Positions 53,499 to 63,141 of a stretch of DNA of 64,000 nt are shown one piece after another. A program made the translations under genes and the position numbers. The notes beneath the pieces were generated by a model. It searched no databases and was not told the origin of the DNA. It worked only from the letters and a program-made list of their open reading frames with translations. Location of the stretch: positions 1,408,001 to 1,472,000 of the forward strand of contig OZ243974.1 of NCBI GenBank assembly GCA_965214775.1, in the 5' to 3' direction. This stretch comes from Nitrosopumilus sp. Its GTDB lineage: Archaea > Thermoproteota > Nitrososphaeria > Nitrososphaerales > Nitrosopumilaceae. Every line of letters begins with the position of its first letter. Positions within the stretch are counted from its first letter, which is position 1.

Positions 53499-54053
53499 AT
53501 GGGCTATGATGAGGATTTTTGGAACAGATATGCGGAGGAAAACGAGGCAAGATACAACGAGGAATTTTCAAAGTTTGCCCGAGATTTAGCTGTCTCTTTG
53601 AGAACAACCAATGTCTTGGAAATTGGATGTGGAACAGGGATTGACTTGCGATTGTTTCCAGAGACATTTGGGATTCATGGTGTGGATCTTAATGATAACG
53701 CATTGAAGATTGCAAGGGAGAATCTTCCTCAGGGAGATTTTAAAAAGGGAAATATCGCAGATCTGCCGTTTGAAGATTCGTCAATTGATTTTGTATTTAC
53801 ACACCAACTACTAAATTATCTGGACGATGAGACACTTGAGAGAGGGATTTCAGAAATGTTCAGGGTTGCAAAAAAATACATAATGAACTGTGAAAAATTT
53901 GAACAGTCCGAAAAACAAATCGATGAACATCATAAAAATCGCAATATGCTAAAAAGATGGATGAACTATAAGGTTAGAATGGTCAGCAACGTTGACATGC
54001 ATGAGGAAATAGATCCTGACAAGTCCCGGTTTACGCTACTTCGAAAACTCTGA
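53499..54053 (+). CDS. class I SAM-dependent methyltransferase
   Basis: VLEIGCGTG, GVDLN, LPFEDSSIDFVF. Confidence 0.88.
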   Translation: MGYDEDFWNRYAEENEARYNEEFSKFARDLAVSLRTTNVLEIGCGTGIDLRLFPETFGIHGVDLNDNALKIARENLPQGDFKKGNIADLPFEDSSIDFVFTHQLLNYLDDETLERGISEMFRVAKKYIMNCEKFEQSEKQIDEHHKNRNMLKRWMNYKVRMVSNVDMHEEIDPDKSRFTLLRKL

Positions 54054-54336
54054 CCCGGATTTTTGGGACTAGACTCTGCGTAATCTGCCTGAATGAGGCG
54101 AGTTTGTTCGTAATGATCCTGGATCTGAGCCTATACGCATAAAGTTATTGGGAGGAACTAATTACGGGGTTTCACAAAGAAATTCCTTTTGAATGGGAGG
54201 ACATAATAGGATAGCCCCTGCCTAGAGTTGGAGTCACGTCCCTTGCAGGTCATGCATGAAAATCACATATGCGGACAGATTCGTGCCTGAAATCAGGAAC
54301 AACTTCCAGAGCCCGACCTGTTACCATCCAATTCCT

Positions 54337-54443
54337 GTAACGGTTCGTACTCGAAGCTCAGGCGTGACTTTTACTGCCGCAGACGCATTTGCAGATGTAG
54401 TTTGCGCCTGAAATCAGGAATAGCTTGCAGAGCCAGATGTTAC
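54337..54443. mobile_element. MITE family F, diverged copy (another right end at 54324)
   Basis: GTAAC...GTTAC ends; interior like 24902-25012. Confidence 0.6.
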
Positions 54444-54771
54444 GATTCTGCAAAGAAATTCTTTTTGAGTATGGATCATCTTGCATGGATTTTTTTGGCC
54501 TGAATGATTACTGTTCTGATGTAATCTCTAGCTGTGGAATCAGAAACTCCCATCTGTTTTGCCCTTAGGTAAAGGGAATTTTCCTGAGGGTCTGCAAGAT
54601 AGCATTTTAGAAGGTGATTCAATCTATGAGATCTCTTTTCATCGCTTTTCATAACCTTGGTTGTTTGCTTGAATTAAAAAGGTCAGAGTATAGCGGAATA
54701 ACCAAATAGTATCATAAAATTATTATAAAAACATATAATCTTTTTTAAACAATAGAGAAAAAGCAATTCAA

Positions 54772-55113
54772 ATGAAACGAATTGAAGCAACAATTCAAGG
54801 CAGTAAAATAGGTGCAGTTTCTGATGCAATAAATGACATCGTTGGGGGTTTTACCATTTTAGAAGGAAATGGTAGAGGTTCTGGCGAAAGACAAACCATC
54901 AGATCTGGAAGAGGAACAGGCTCAATGGTTGCAGAATATAACAAAGTGGCAACTGTTAGTACCATTGTCGACGATGCTGATGTGGAAAAAGTTTCTACAG
55001 CAATTGCAGACGCAGCTTTTACAGGAAAAGGCGGAGATGGAATTATCGTGGTATCAAGCGTAGATAGCGTTCTTAACATTGCATCTAAAAAGAGTGGCGT
55101 TGAAGCCCTCTAA
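54772..55113 (+). CDS. glnB: nitrogen regulatory protein P-II
   Basis: MKRIEATI, GRG T-loop, TGKGGDGIIVVS. Confidence 0.9.
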   Translation: MKRIEATIQGSKIGAVSDAINDIVGGFTILEGNGRGSGERQTIRSGRGTGSMVAEYNKVATVSTIVDDADVEKVSTAIADAAFTGKGGDGIIVVSSVDSVLNIASKKSGVEAL

Positions 55114-55268
55114 CCGTTTTCTTTTATTGACACAATTCTTACAATCTGGAAGTATGCTGCCGAGAGGTTTGCTACATCTCTCGGGAACGGTATCTCTTTG
55201 GGAGACATGTTGTCTGAAGGGATGGAATACTATTGCAATTTGGGTATAAAAGTAGAGGATTTTGAGGA

Positions 55269-55508
55269 TTATTGCTGTCCTTCAATTCCCATTAATGTCA
55301 GAGTTGATCTGATCTTTGGAATTTTACGGATCTTCCATGTGATAGTTTCACGTAATGCTTCTACCTGGCCAGATTCCACCTTGGCCAAAATATCATATGC
55401 GCCAAATGTTCCATGAACCTCAACAACTCCCTCAATGGATTTTAATTCTGAAATTACTGCTTCTTCAGAACCAAGCTCGCAGTTTATGAGAACATAAGCT
55501 GCTGCCAT
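55269..55508 (-). CDS. Lrp/AsnC ligand-binding (RAM) domain protein
   Basis: AYVLIN...GVVEVHGTFGAYDILAKV...IRKIPKIRSTLT. Confidence 0.9.
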   Translation of the reverse strand: MAAAYVLINCELGSEEAVISELKSIEGVVEVHGTFGAYDILAKVESGQVEALRETITWKIRKIPKIRSTLTLMGIEGQQ

Positions 55509-55636
55509 TTTATGGTCGAACTCCTAACTTCATACATTAAATTGCATGCTGAATTATATAAGAATAAGCTAAAAAAGCTGAAAATTCAGAGGATAAACCA
55601 TCAAAATCACCAACAAACGTTCAGAAAAAAGGTTTT

Positions 55637-56608
55637 TTAGACATCCGGATAAGCACGATGGCCATGTCTCATTACTTGCTCAAGCTCAGATAAATTCTTT
55701 GAAAGAGTAATTTTTGCACGAAGATCAGAGCCGCCCCTCATTCCTTTGGTAAATCGCATTGCCTGGCCCTTGATGTTTGCAAATCTGATGTTGTATCTTG
55801 ATGTCAAGTGAAGATATTCAAAAAACGAATCAAGCCTATCTTTGGAGGAATATTCATGATACGAGTCGGTTTTAAGATAATCATTAATCTGTTCAAACAA
55901 GAAGGGATTTCCCATTGCCCCGCGCCCGATCATTACATAATCACAACCAGTCTCATCTAGCATGGCCTTTGCCTCTTCGGGAGTGGTGACATCTCCATTT
56001 CCGACAATTGGCAGACCGGAGATCTCCTTTAGCTCTTTAATCAAATTCCAGTCGGCATTTCCGGAATACCCTTGACTTACAGTCCTTGGATGAAAAGTGA
56101 TCATTTGAACGCCCTCGTCCTCAGCAATCTCTGCAATGTCTCTAAACAGGAATCTGCTTGCATCAGTAACCCCGGAACGGATTTTTAGTGTTACGGGTTT
56201 CTTAACGGCATTTACAAGAGTGCTGAAAATTTGCTGTGTGAGATTTACTTCTTGTAGCAATGCACCTCCGGCCATCTGTTGTGTGATGTGAGGTGCTGGA
56301 CATCCCATGTTGTAATCGATGATGTCAAAATAGGGCTCTACAATCTTTGCAGCCTTTTCTAAAGCGGCCAGATCAGATCCAAACAGCTGAACAGATATCG
56401 GCCGTTCCTCTTCAGAATATTCGATGAACTCTTGAATGGTTTTCATGTCCTCCTTGAGCTGCCGCTGTTTTGCAATGATGCTGTGTATGCTTGTAAATTC
56501 GGTAACGACTAGTCCTGCTCCCATCCTTTTGCATTGTAGTCGCAATGCAGGATCGCTGACTCCTGCCATGGGAGCCAAAAATGCTTTGCTGGAAAACTTT
56601 AGGGGCAC
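55637..56608 (-). CDS. dus: tRNA-dihydrouridine synthase
   Basis: LAPMAG, QLFG, NMGCP, KIRSG, HPRT, NGDV, MIGRGA. Confidence 0.93.
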   Translation of the reverse strand: MPLKFSSKAFLAPMAGVSDPALRLQCKRMGAGLVVTEFTSIHSIIAKQRQLKEDMKTIQEFIEYSEEERPISVQLFGSDLAALEKAAKIVEPYFDIIDYNMGCPAPHITQQMAGGALLQEVNLTQQIFSTLVNAVKKPVTLKIRSGVTDASRFLFRDIAEIAEDEGVQMITFHPRTVSQGYSGNADWNLIKELKEISGLPIVGNGDVTTPEEAKAMLDETGCDYVMIGRGAMGNPFLFEQINDYLKTDSYHEYSSKDRLDSFFEYLHLTSRYNIRFANIKGQAMRFTKGMRGGSDLRAKITLSKNLSELEQVMRHGHRAYPDV

Positions 56609-56684
56609 TGTATCTCCTCATCAACTGAATATATCTACATTGGTCTTACAGAAACCATGCAAGAATAACCAATCTAATCATCTC

Positions 56685-57118
56685 GTCATTGTGCAGGAAT
56701 TGCATACGGCCAACCTAAACAGCATCCCATGTCCTGAGTTGTATCGTTCCTTGATGCAATGTCTCCTGACATCGTTCTCTTGATTGCAAAAAAGATGGCT
56801 GACTGTAGTGCGTACAGCTGAAAATCGATTATTTTTTTGACGAAATGGGCACGATGTTGGTGAGGACCAGTGTAGATGCAGGATGCCCTTACCAGTCCCC
56901 TGCATAACAGGCCGCCATTTGAAATGCCTGCGGGAAACCCGTAGGCCGCAGACGAATCAACATGGATCCTGTTCCGTCCATACCGGCCAAACTTACCAAA
57001 ATCAGTGATCATGCCTGCTTTTCATCCTGTAGTCAATACATAAAAAAATGGAATGTGATTTTGACACATCGTGCCTACTTCACCAAAAAAAATATTCCAT
57101 TTTCAACTGCACACACTA
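56685..57118 (-). pseudogene. highly degraded IS5-like transposase remnant with terminal sequence
   Basis: Fragments HVDSSAAYG and NRFSAVRTTVSH...LFRLAVCN; the end at 57040-57118 resembles 45425-45498. Confidence 0.45.
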
Positions 57119-57497
57119 TGCATGCCCCCAAGAAACCTCCTTATCTCCCTACGCATCGACTCTGGTGATGCCTTGTTGATTCTCAGGTGACCTGCTCACC
57201 GGCGTCCGGGGTACCGCGTATCCCACCTGCCACCCATCCGGTCCAGCGGTGTACAGGCTCGTCCCTGTTGGCTGCAAAGGCGGGATCGCAGAATCCTGCA
57301 GCACTGTGCACCTGCCAGACCGCAAGCCTGGCCCCCATGCCATGCCTTGGAGCGCTGTGCTTAAAATCCTTTCAGTGGAATAACCGCAAGCCGCTTCTGA
57401 AATTCCTGTTCCGAAACATCCATGATGATATCTTTACACTCCCGCATGATTTTGGTTATGACCGCCAGATTTGCAGACCTCGGCAGGCCATGCGGCA

Positions 57498-58148
57498 TCA
57501 TCGAGGATTTCTCTCTCCCAGATTGTAATACATGATGTCCTTCTTGCCTCTTCTTTCCAAGAGTTTGAACGTGGTGTTTCTTTCATACCATGGGAGTGCG
57601 CCCGGCAGCGGCTGCAACGCTATCAGCCTGCATCCCACGTTCTGGGACAGGGCATGGGCCTGCTCCTTTGCAAAACCAACCATCGTCCTTCCTAGGCCGT
57701 TTCCCTCGTACTCCCTGTGGGCCGCAAGCTGTCCGATCAGCAGGGATGGAATGGTCGCATACGGGAACTTTCCATGCTGGTCCCGTGGCATGTCCCTTTT
57801 GTCGATGGAGTACGTCGCAAGGGTCATGAAACCCAGCAGCGTCCTTCTGTCTTCCACCCAGCACCAAATGGTACCCAGAGAGATGATCCGAAATTAGAAG
57901 CCGTGCGAATTTTTCAAGTAATTTCACAGATAGCTTGTATTTTGTTGGTGTTTTGAGCCGTTTTATGCAAATTCGTTCACAAATAATCAAAGTCTGCTAA
58001 TTTCGAATCAACTCTGTCTCTTCCTCTGATCTTCAAGAGCCTCATCGACGATGTATTCCTCCATGCTCTGTTCGATGCATCTGAAGGTCTTCACCGGGAC
58101 ACTGCGTGTCAGAATTCCCCTTTCAACCCTGGAAAAATCGACTTGCAA
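57498..58148 (-). pseudogene. GNAT acetyltransferase toxin interrupted by MITE G
   Basis: MQVDFSRV...FRC...EALEDQRKR | GTIWCWVE...IPSLLIGQLAAHREYEGNGLGR...LPWYE. Confidence 0.8.
57879..58015. mobile_element. MITE family G copy
   Basis: 137 bp, near-identical to 29999-30135. Confidence 0.85.
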
Positions 58149-58310
58149 TTAGAAAGTCACGGTGGGGATGTTTTTGGCGGACTTGAGCGCCTCTTTCAGT
58201 GCTTGGGCCTGTTCTGCCGTCTGCCCGGCTTCCACATCATCCGTAAGCTCCTTCCACTCAGCACCATCCAACGGCTCGATCTCTCTTAATGTCATGCATT
58301 TGGTAACCAT
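58149..58310 (-). CDS. 53-aa putative antitoxin of the GNAT toxin
   Basis: MVTKCMTLREIEPLDGAEWKELTDDV...ALKEAL; stop abuts the toxin TTG; GGAGTG upstream. Confidence 0.6.
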   Translation of the reverse strand: MVTKCMTLREIEPLDGAEWKELTDDVEAGQTAEQAQALKEALKSAKNIPTVTF

Positions 58311-58344
58311 CACTCCCTTAATAAAAATTGAAACTTCCTTCAGG

Positions 58345-58535
58345 GTACGAGTTTACCCCTTAGGCGTCACTGGTGTCTGGAGCCTTCATGATCACGCCTG
58401 CCACATCGTATCTCAGGTGAGGGGTAAACTCGTACTCCTTCAGGAGCAAGAGTTTACCCCTCAGGCGGCATTGCTGGCCGGAGCCTTGATCACCGTGCCT
58501 GCCACGTCGTATTTTCTGGAGGGGTAAACTCTTAC
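58345..58535. mobile_element. two adjacent MITE family E copies (58345-58435, 58446-58535)
   Basis: First copy flanked by 9-bp TCCTTCAGG direct repeats. Confidence 0.8.
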
Positions 58536-58574
58536 GAAAAAGGAGCACTTGTACAAAAAAAGGGTTCTTTGATA

Positions 58575-58997
58575 TAGCAACGAGCAGAAATAATTGAGCT
58601 TTTTTACGTGTAGTTATGACCTCAGCTAAGTGAAAAGGGGGTGTTTCCTAATTCGTACAACTTCAGGTCCTATTTAAACCGCCTAGGAATCTAGGAAGTA
58701 TTTGCTTGCCAGTATAAATGGGACCTGAAGTTGTACCCTAATTCCACCTGCCTGACTCAATCTGTATGTTTTTCTGAATTTTCGGCCCTTTGCACGCCTG
58801 ATCCATGTAACGTCTTGACAGTTTTCAGAAATTCTGGTGAATTAGGAAACAACCCCCGTGAAAAGTACTAAAAAATCGAGTAAAAACAGAAGCTGGACAG
58901 GAGGTACGATGCCTGAATATCATGACAAAACAACAAACCTCATTTACTTTTCACTTAGCTGGATCTACTTTGACTCAAAGACTTCTGCCCGTTGCTA
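58575..58997. mobile_element. four nested MITEs (A > B > C > D)
   Basis: Each layer has its own TIRs and target duplication (see findings). Confidence 0.88.
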
Positions 58998-59000
58998 TAC

Positions 59001-59105
59001 CAGAAATGAGATCTCCAAGCTTCAGGCAGATCCTGCCATGCATGAGTCCCAACATGTCCATATCACGCCGTCATTATACAATGATGCCAGAAAGAAATTC
59101 AAGGC
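59001..59105 (+). pseudogene. IS66 transposase fragment
   Basis: Similar to the reverse complement of 22590-22690 (...CCGTCATTATACAATGATGCCAGAA...). Confidence 0.65.
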
Positions 59106-59340
59106 GCATGCTAGCAAATGATGAGGCTCTAACTCAAGTACGCGATCAAAAAAACCTTCAACTAATATTAGAAGGCTGCAAAAGACTATTCAATGAATGT
59201 CTCCTAGAACGCGATGATTGTTTTGAAAGATCATATGATGCATCTGGATCTGAAGAACAAAGACAACAACGGAAACTAGGACGATTATGACAACGATGAC
59301 GATGACGACTACGAGATGCAAATTTCCAATCTCTGCAAAA

Positions 59341-59835
59341 CTAGCCTATCTTGCAGCAACTCTTAGATTGAATGCCTCTGGCAATCCACCAAATAGAAAA
59401 CATCAAGACCCCTACGGAGATGAACTTCAGCTCTAGTCCCTGCATTGGAAACAGTGACAGTCCTCCAACGGCACCTAAAATTACCGCAAGAGGCGCCGTA
59501 CATGCCGGGCATCCGGGCGTAAAGGCGGCAAATGCCCCCCCTAGCACCGCCGATGATGAGTTTGATTTTACAGAATTCATCATCTTCATTCTTTTCATCT
59601 TAAATGCAATCATTGCAAAATTAACTCCTGCCAGTGCTGAAATAGCTATGGTCAGACCAATTGACGAGATTATGTAAGATGGAGCAAGGTCGACTGCCGC
59701 ATCAAAATGGGCAGGAAGCATTGACATTGTTAAAAAGTGGTAGATTATCCCCAAACCCGTTCCACTGAGAACGGCAACAGCTGCATATCTTCTGATTGTC
59801 AGGACGTTGGAGATTAGCCGTAATTTGCTTACCAA
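59341..59835 (-). CDS. membrane protein with GCPAC motif (metal-transporter-like)
   Basis: Four or more TM segments, TPGCPAC, C-terminal CC. Confidence 0.7.
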   Translation of the reverse strand: MVSKLRLISNVLTIRRYAAVAVLSGTGLGIIYHFLTMSMLPAHFDAAVDLAPSYIISSIGLTIAISALAGVNFAMIAFKMKRMKMMNSVKSNSSSAVLGGAFAAFTPGCPACTAPLAVILGAVGGLSLFPMQGLELKFISVGVLMFSIWWIARGIQSKSCCKIG

Positions 59836-59915
59836 GTAGATCTATTTCTCCTTTGTCATATTTTAACCATTTTTGACTCAACAAAGATTATTACCCGTAA
59901 AATTACCAAAAATTT

Positions 59916-60167
59916 ATGCCCGAATTCACTTTGGAGGAAAAGACAATTCTTGTTCAATACGGGATAAAAAAATATGAAAACGAGCAAACCGTTTTTGAAA
60001 GACTAAAAACAGTTCTCCCAGAAAAGGACATCCAACAAAACATTGACACACTTTTGGGAACCCAGCGTGTAAGACGCATTGGCCCAGAAACCCTTCAAAA
60101 CAACGAGAGTCATACGGAACTTCCAGAATTGCCTGAAAACCTCAAGCCAATAATTGACAGTCTGTGA
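59916..60167 (+). CDS. conserved hypothetical protein
   Basis: Clean ORF in a core region. Confidence 0.7.
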   Translation: MPEFTLEEKTILVQYGIKKYENEQTVFERLKTVLPEKDIQQNIDTLLGTQRVRRIGPETLQNNESHTELPELPENLKPIIDSL

Positions 60168-60203
60168 CCTATGTTTTTATAATAACAAAAACCACTGATT
60201 CGT

Positions 60204-60659
60204 ATGAACAGGGTGATTTTTCTTCTTTCTGGCATTGTTGTTGCTCTGGGTGTTCTCTTTACAACCACAACTGATTACTCGTTTGCACATCCCCATTCGG
60301 TACAAGTGACGATGGATGATCACACTCATCACGACTTGCAGTCTGAAATAATTTCTCTTGGAGGTATGATTGGTTTGGAAAAATCCATACTTGAATTTCA
60401 CACTCCTGAGAACAACTCACTTCCATGGGGATTTGTTGAGGGAAGAATTGCAAATCATGTGGAAGGTTATCCTGTAGTAATTCAAATTTTCAAGGATGGG
60501 GATGCAGTACATTTTGCTCAGACAGGCGTTGATCAATTCGGCAACTATGAATACAAGTTCAGAGTCATGCATTCCCAAAACTCAGAGACGACAAGAATCT
60601 TTGATGGCAGCTATACCGTCAAGATCTTCAAAACAGTCTATCTTGATGACTTTGTCTAG
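60204..60659 (+). CDS. secreted hypothetical protein, His-rich N-terminus
   Basis: Signal peptide; HPH...DDHTHH. Confidence 0.7.
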   Translation: MNRVIFLLSGIVVALGVLFTTTTDYSFAHPHSVQVTMDDHTHHDLQSEIISLGGMIGLEKSILEFHTPENNSLPWGFVEGRIANHVEGYPVVIQIFKDGDAVHFAQTGVDQFGNYEYKFRVMHSQNSETTRIFDGSYTVKIFKTVYLDDFV

Positions 60660-61537
60660 AATCCGCGCAATCCCTGCGGACGCACAGTCTCCGGGTGCTG
60701 CCTCATCCAATAAATTTTCTCCATCATTGCCTTTTTGTCTTGTGGGAACGTTCCCTTTATTGTGTAGGCATTAGAACCGTGATTTGCCCTAAAGACAATC
60801 TCGTCTTTTGTATCGATCTGCTCAATCAAGTCATGAAGCTCCTCTAGAGATTCATCGTCGTTAATTCTGATAAATGGCTCGTTGAACTTGTCAAGAAATT
60901 CCTGCTTGATTCCGTTTTCTAAATACAGTGTCAGTGCGCCCACATAGTTTGGTGAGCAGGCACTGATTACTCTGGCAGTGCCTTTGATGTGTTCCTTGGA
61001 ATAGGTCCTGCCTCCCAAACCCAAAATCACCATGCATGATACCACGTATCCTGCTGCCTTTGCTTTGTTGACTGACTTGATTATTGTTTTTGCAATGGCC
61101 CCTTTTGTTACTTTTTTCAAGACGGTGTCTGATCCACTTTCAATTCCAATATAAAACATGTCCAAGCCAGCCTCGTTCATTCTCTTCAGTTCGCCGTCTG
61201 TTTTTTTCAGGATGTTCATAGGCATTGCATAGCAAGAGATCCTTTCGATATTTTGAAACTTTTCTCTAATGTACCTTACAATCTTTATCATAAATTCCGT
61301 ATCAAGATTTAACGCATCGCCGTCTGCCAGAAAAACTCTTCTCGTATCAGGCAGATAGCCTGCCATCATGTCAACCTCCCCTTTGATCTCTTCCCAGGAT
61401 CTCTCCGAGTATTCCTTTGATCTGTACATGTCGCAGAAGGAGCATTCGTTAAACGAGCATCCCAGGGTGACCTGGAAAATTAGCGAGCGGGCCTCAGATG
61501 GCGGCCTGTACAGAGGAGCGTCATAGTTTAACATCAA
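60656..61537 (-). CDS. radical SAM protein
   Basis: CSFNECSFC cluster motif; YRPPSEA, FLADGDAL, FRANHGSN. Confidence 0.88.
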   Translation of the reverse strand: MMLNYDAPLYRPPSEARSLIFQVTLGCSFNECSFCDMYRSKEYSERSWEEIKGEVDMMAGYLPDTRRVFLADGDALNLDTEFMIKIVRYIREKFQNIERISCYAMPMNILKKTDGELKRMNEAGLDMFYIGIESGSDTVLKKVTKGAIAKTIIKSVNKAKAAGYVVSCMVILGLGGRTYSKEHIKGTARVISACSPNYVGALTLYLENGIKQEFLDKFNEPFIRINDDESLEELHDLIEQIDTKDEIVFRANHGSNAYTIKGTFPQDKKAMMEKIYWMRQHPETVRPQGLRGF

Positions 61538-61636
61538 TTCCTGATCACTGCTTTTGTCTGATTGTGTTTTTTATACTTTCTACTTTGATTGAACCAGAAT
61601 CTCTTTTAGTGGAAAAACAGGAAAAACTGCGTTACC

Positions 61637-61938
61637 ATGGCAAACGATCCTGACGCTAAAAGACTGCTGTGGCTTGTCTTTGCAGGTTCCAGGGGCGGAC
61701 TAAACCGCCTGAAGATAGTCTCCAAGATAAGTAAAAGTCCCCATAACATCAACCAACTAGCAAGGAACCGGGTCTTGATTACAAGGCTATCCATCATCAT
61801 ATACGCGTGCTTGAAAAAAACAATCTGATAACTAGTGTGGGAGAAAAGTATGGCGTGGCCTACTTTGTCTCGACTTTTATTGAAGTCAATATGGAGTCAT
61901 TTGAAGAAATTGTGAGAAAATTGGACAAAAGTAAATAA
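61637..61938 (+). pseudogene. ArsR-type wHTH regulator with 1-nt frameshift near 61762
   Basis: LLWLVFAGSRGGLNRLKI...NINQLA, then in another frame GLDYKAIHHHIRVLEKNNLI...LDKSK*; could be a sequencing error. Confidence 0.75.
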
Positions 61939-61963
61939 AAGATCGGAGGATGTCTTCCTCTAA

Positions 61964-62248
61964 ATGGAACCTGCCTGGCTAGCTCTCTCAGTCGTATCGA
62001 TTGCAAACATGGGCATCTTGGGAATTCTGATTTGTATCTTTGCAAACATGTTTCGCAAAACAAAAGCACAACTCCCATTGGGCATGGTTGTCGTTGCCGG
62101 AATGCTGCTTTTAAACAACGTAATAGGGGCAATAGGATATTTCTCACATGACATGATATTTTCTCACAGCATATTCCCATACATGCTTGGGGTGGGAATA
62201 GCCGAATTGGCAGGCCTGATAATTTTTCTAAAAATCACACTGGATTAA
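61964..62248 (+). CDS. small membrane protein
   Basis: Three TM segments; follows the wHTH gene. Confidence 0.75.
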   Translation: MEPAWLALSVVSIANMGILGILICIFANMFRKTKAQLPLGMVVVAGMLLLNNVIGAIGYFSHDMIFSHSIFPYMLGVGIAELAGLIIFLKITLD

Positions 62249-62277
62249 TCTTAGTTTAATTGTAACTGTCTGGTGGT

Positions 62278-62730
62278 GTGGCTATAATGCTGCAGGAATA
62301 TCTCAAACTAAACAAGAACATCCTGATTGCTTTTGGAGCCTCAATAACCGTTTCTGCAATTATTGCACAGGCCTTGTCTGATCAGGCCGACTATCTTAAC
62401 ACAACTTATACCACTGTTGCAGATTACGCGGTTTATTTCTCGGTATTTAGCGGAATGTTCTATCTGGACAACAGAAAAAAATACCGGACAGCTGATGGAA
62501 CAACAGATTCGGCCAAGCTCAGGCATGACTTGAAAAAACTGATCACGTCACTTGGGATTGCCGAGGTTGTTTACACCGTTGTCAGATGGGCCCTGCAGTA
62601 CTATCTTCTTACAATTGGTCATGACCCATACTTGGCATCAATTATATCACAAGGCATATCCACCGTTGTCTATATGGCAGTAGTGAATTTGAGCGTAAAA
62701 TTGACGAGGTTATACAAGCATGGAACTTAG
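62278..62730 (+). CDS. GtrA-like membrane protein
   Basis: Four TM segments, about 150 aa. Confidence 0.65.
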   Translation: MAIMLQEYLKLNKNILIAFGASITVSAIIAQALSDQADYLNTTYTTVADYAVYFSVFSGMFYLDNRKKYRTADGTTDSAKLRHDLKKLITSLGIAEVVYTVVRWALQYYLLTIGHDPYLASIISQGISTVVYMAVVNLSVKLTRLYKHGT

Positions 62731-63076
62731 CGTCTTTGTTGACGGATCCGGGGGTTCAAACGGCGGATATGGATTTTTTGTAAAGGAAACCGGAGAATCA
62801 TTTTATGAAGAAAAACCAGAGATTACAAATAACCAGGCAGAATACATGGCAATAATATCTGCCCTGAAAAAATTTGTAAAGGCAGACGGCAAAATTACGA
62901 TCTTCAGCGATTCAAAAAATACAGTAAACCAGCTAAACCATGAATTTGCCATCAACAACGAGCAGCTTCGAAATCTGGCAAGAGAGGCATGGGAAATAAT
63001 TGGCAACTTTTCTGACCTGACAATTTCCTGGGTGCCAAGAAAAGAGAACCTTGCAGGAAAGATGCTTGGCAGCTAA
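62720..63076 (+). CDS. rnhA: ribonuclease HI
   Basis: FVDGS, TNNQAEY, SDSK, WVPRKENLAG. Confidence 0.88.
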   Translation: MELSVFVDGSGGSNGGYGFFVKETGESFYEEKPEITNNQAEYMAIISALKKFVKADGKITIFSDSKNTVNQLNHEFAINNEQLRNLAREAWEIIGNFSDLTISWVPRKENLAGKMLGS

Positions 63077-63141
63077 AACCGGAGATGATTTTCCTTTCCA
63101 TGAATAGCTTTATTATACAAAATCCGTAGATCCAACATATC

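Noticed and set aside
58345-58535. GAGTTTACCCC repeats resembling type I-E CRISPR repeats
   Set aside because: They are paired inverted ends of 91-bp units with similar interiors and a TSD, not direct repeats with unique spacers.
61755-61770. Single-base frameshifts (wHTH at ~61762, LEA-like at ~51235, IS66 at ~22645) as regulated recoding
   Set aside because: No convincing slippery site plus structure; ordinary mutation or sequencing error cannot be excluded.
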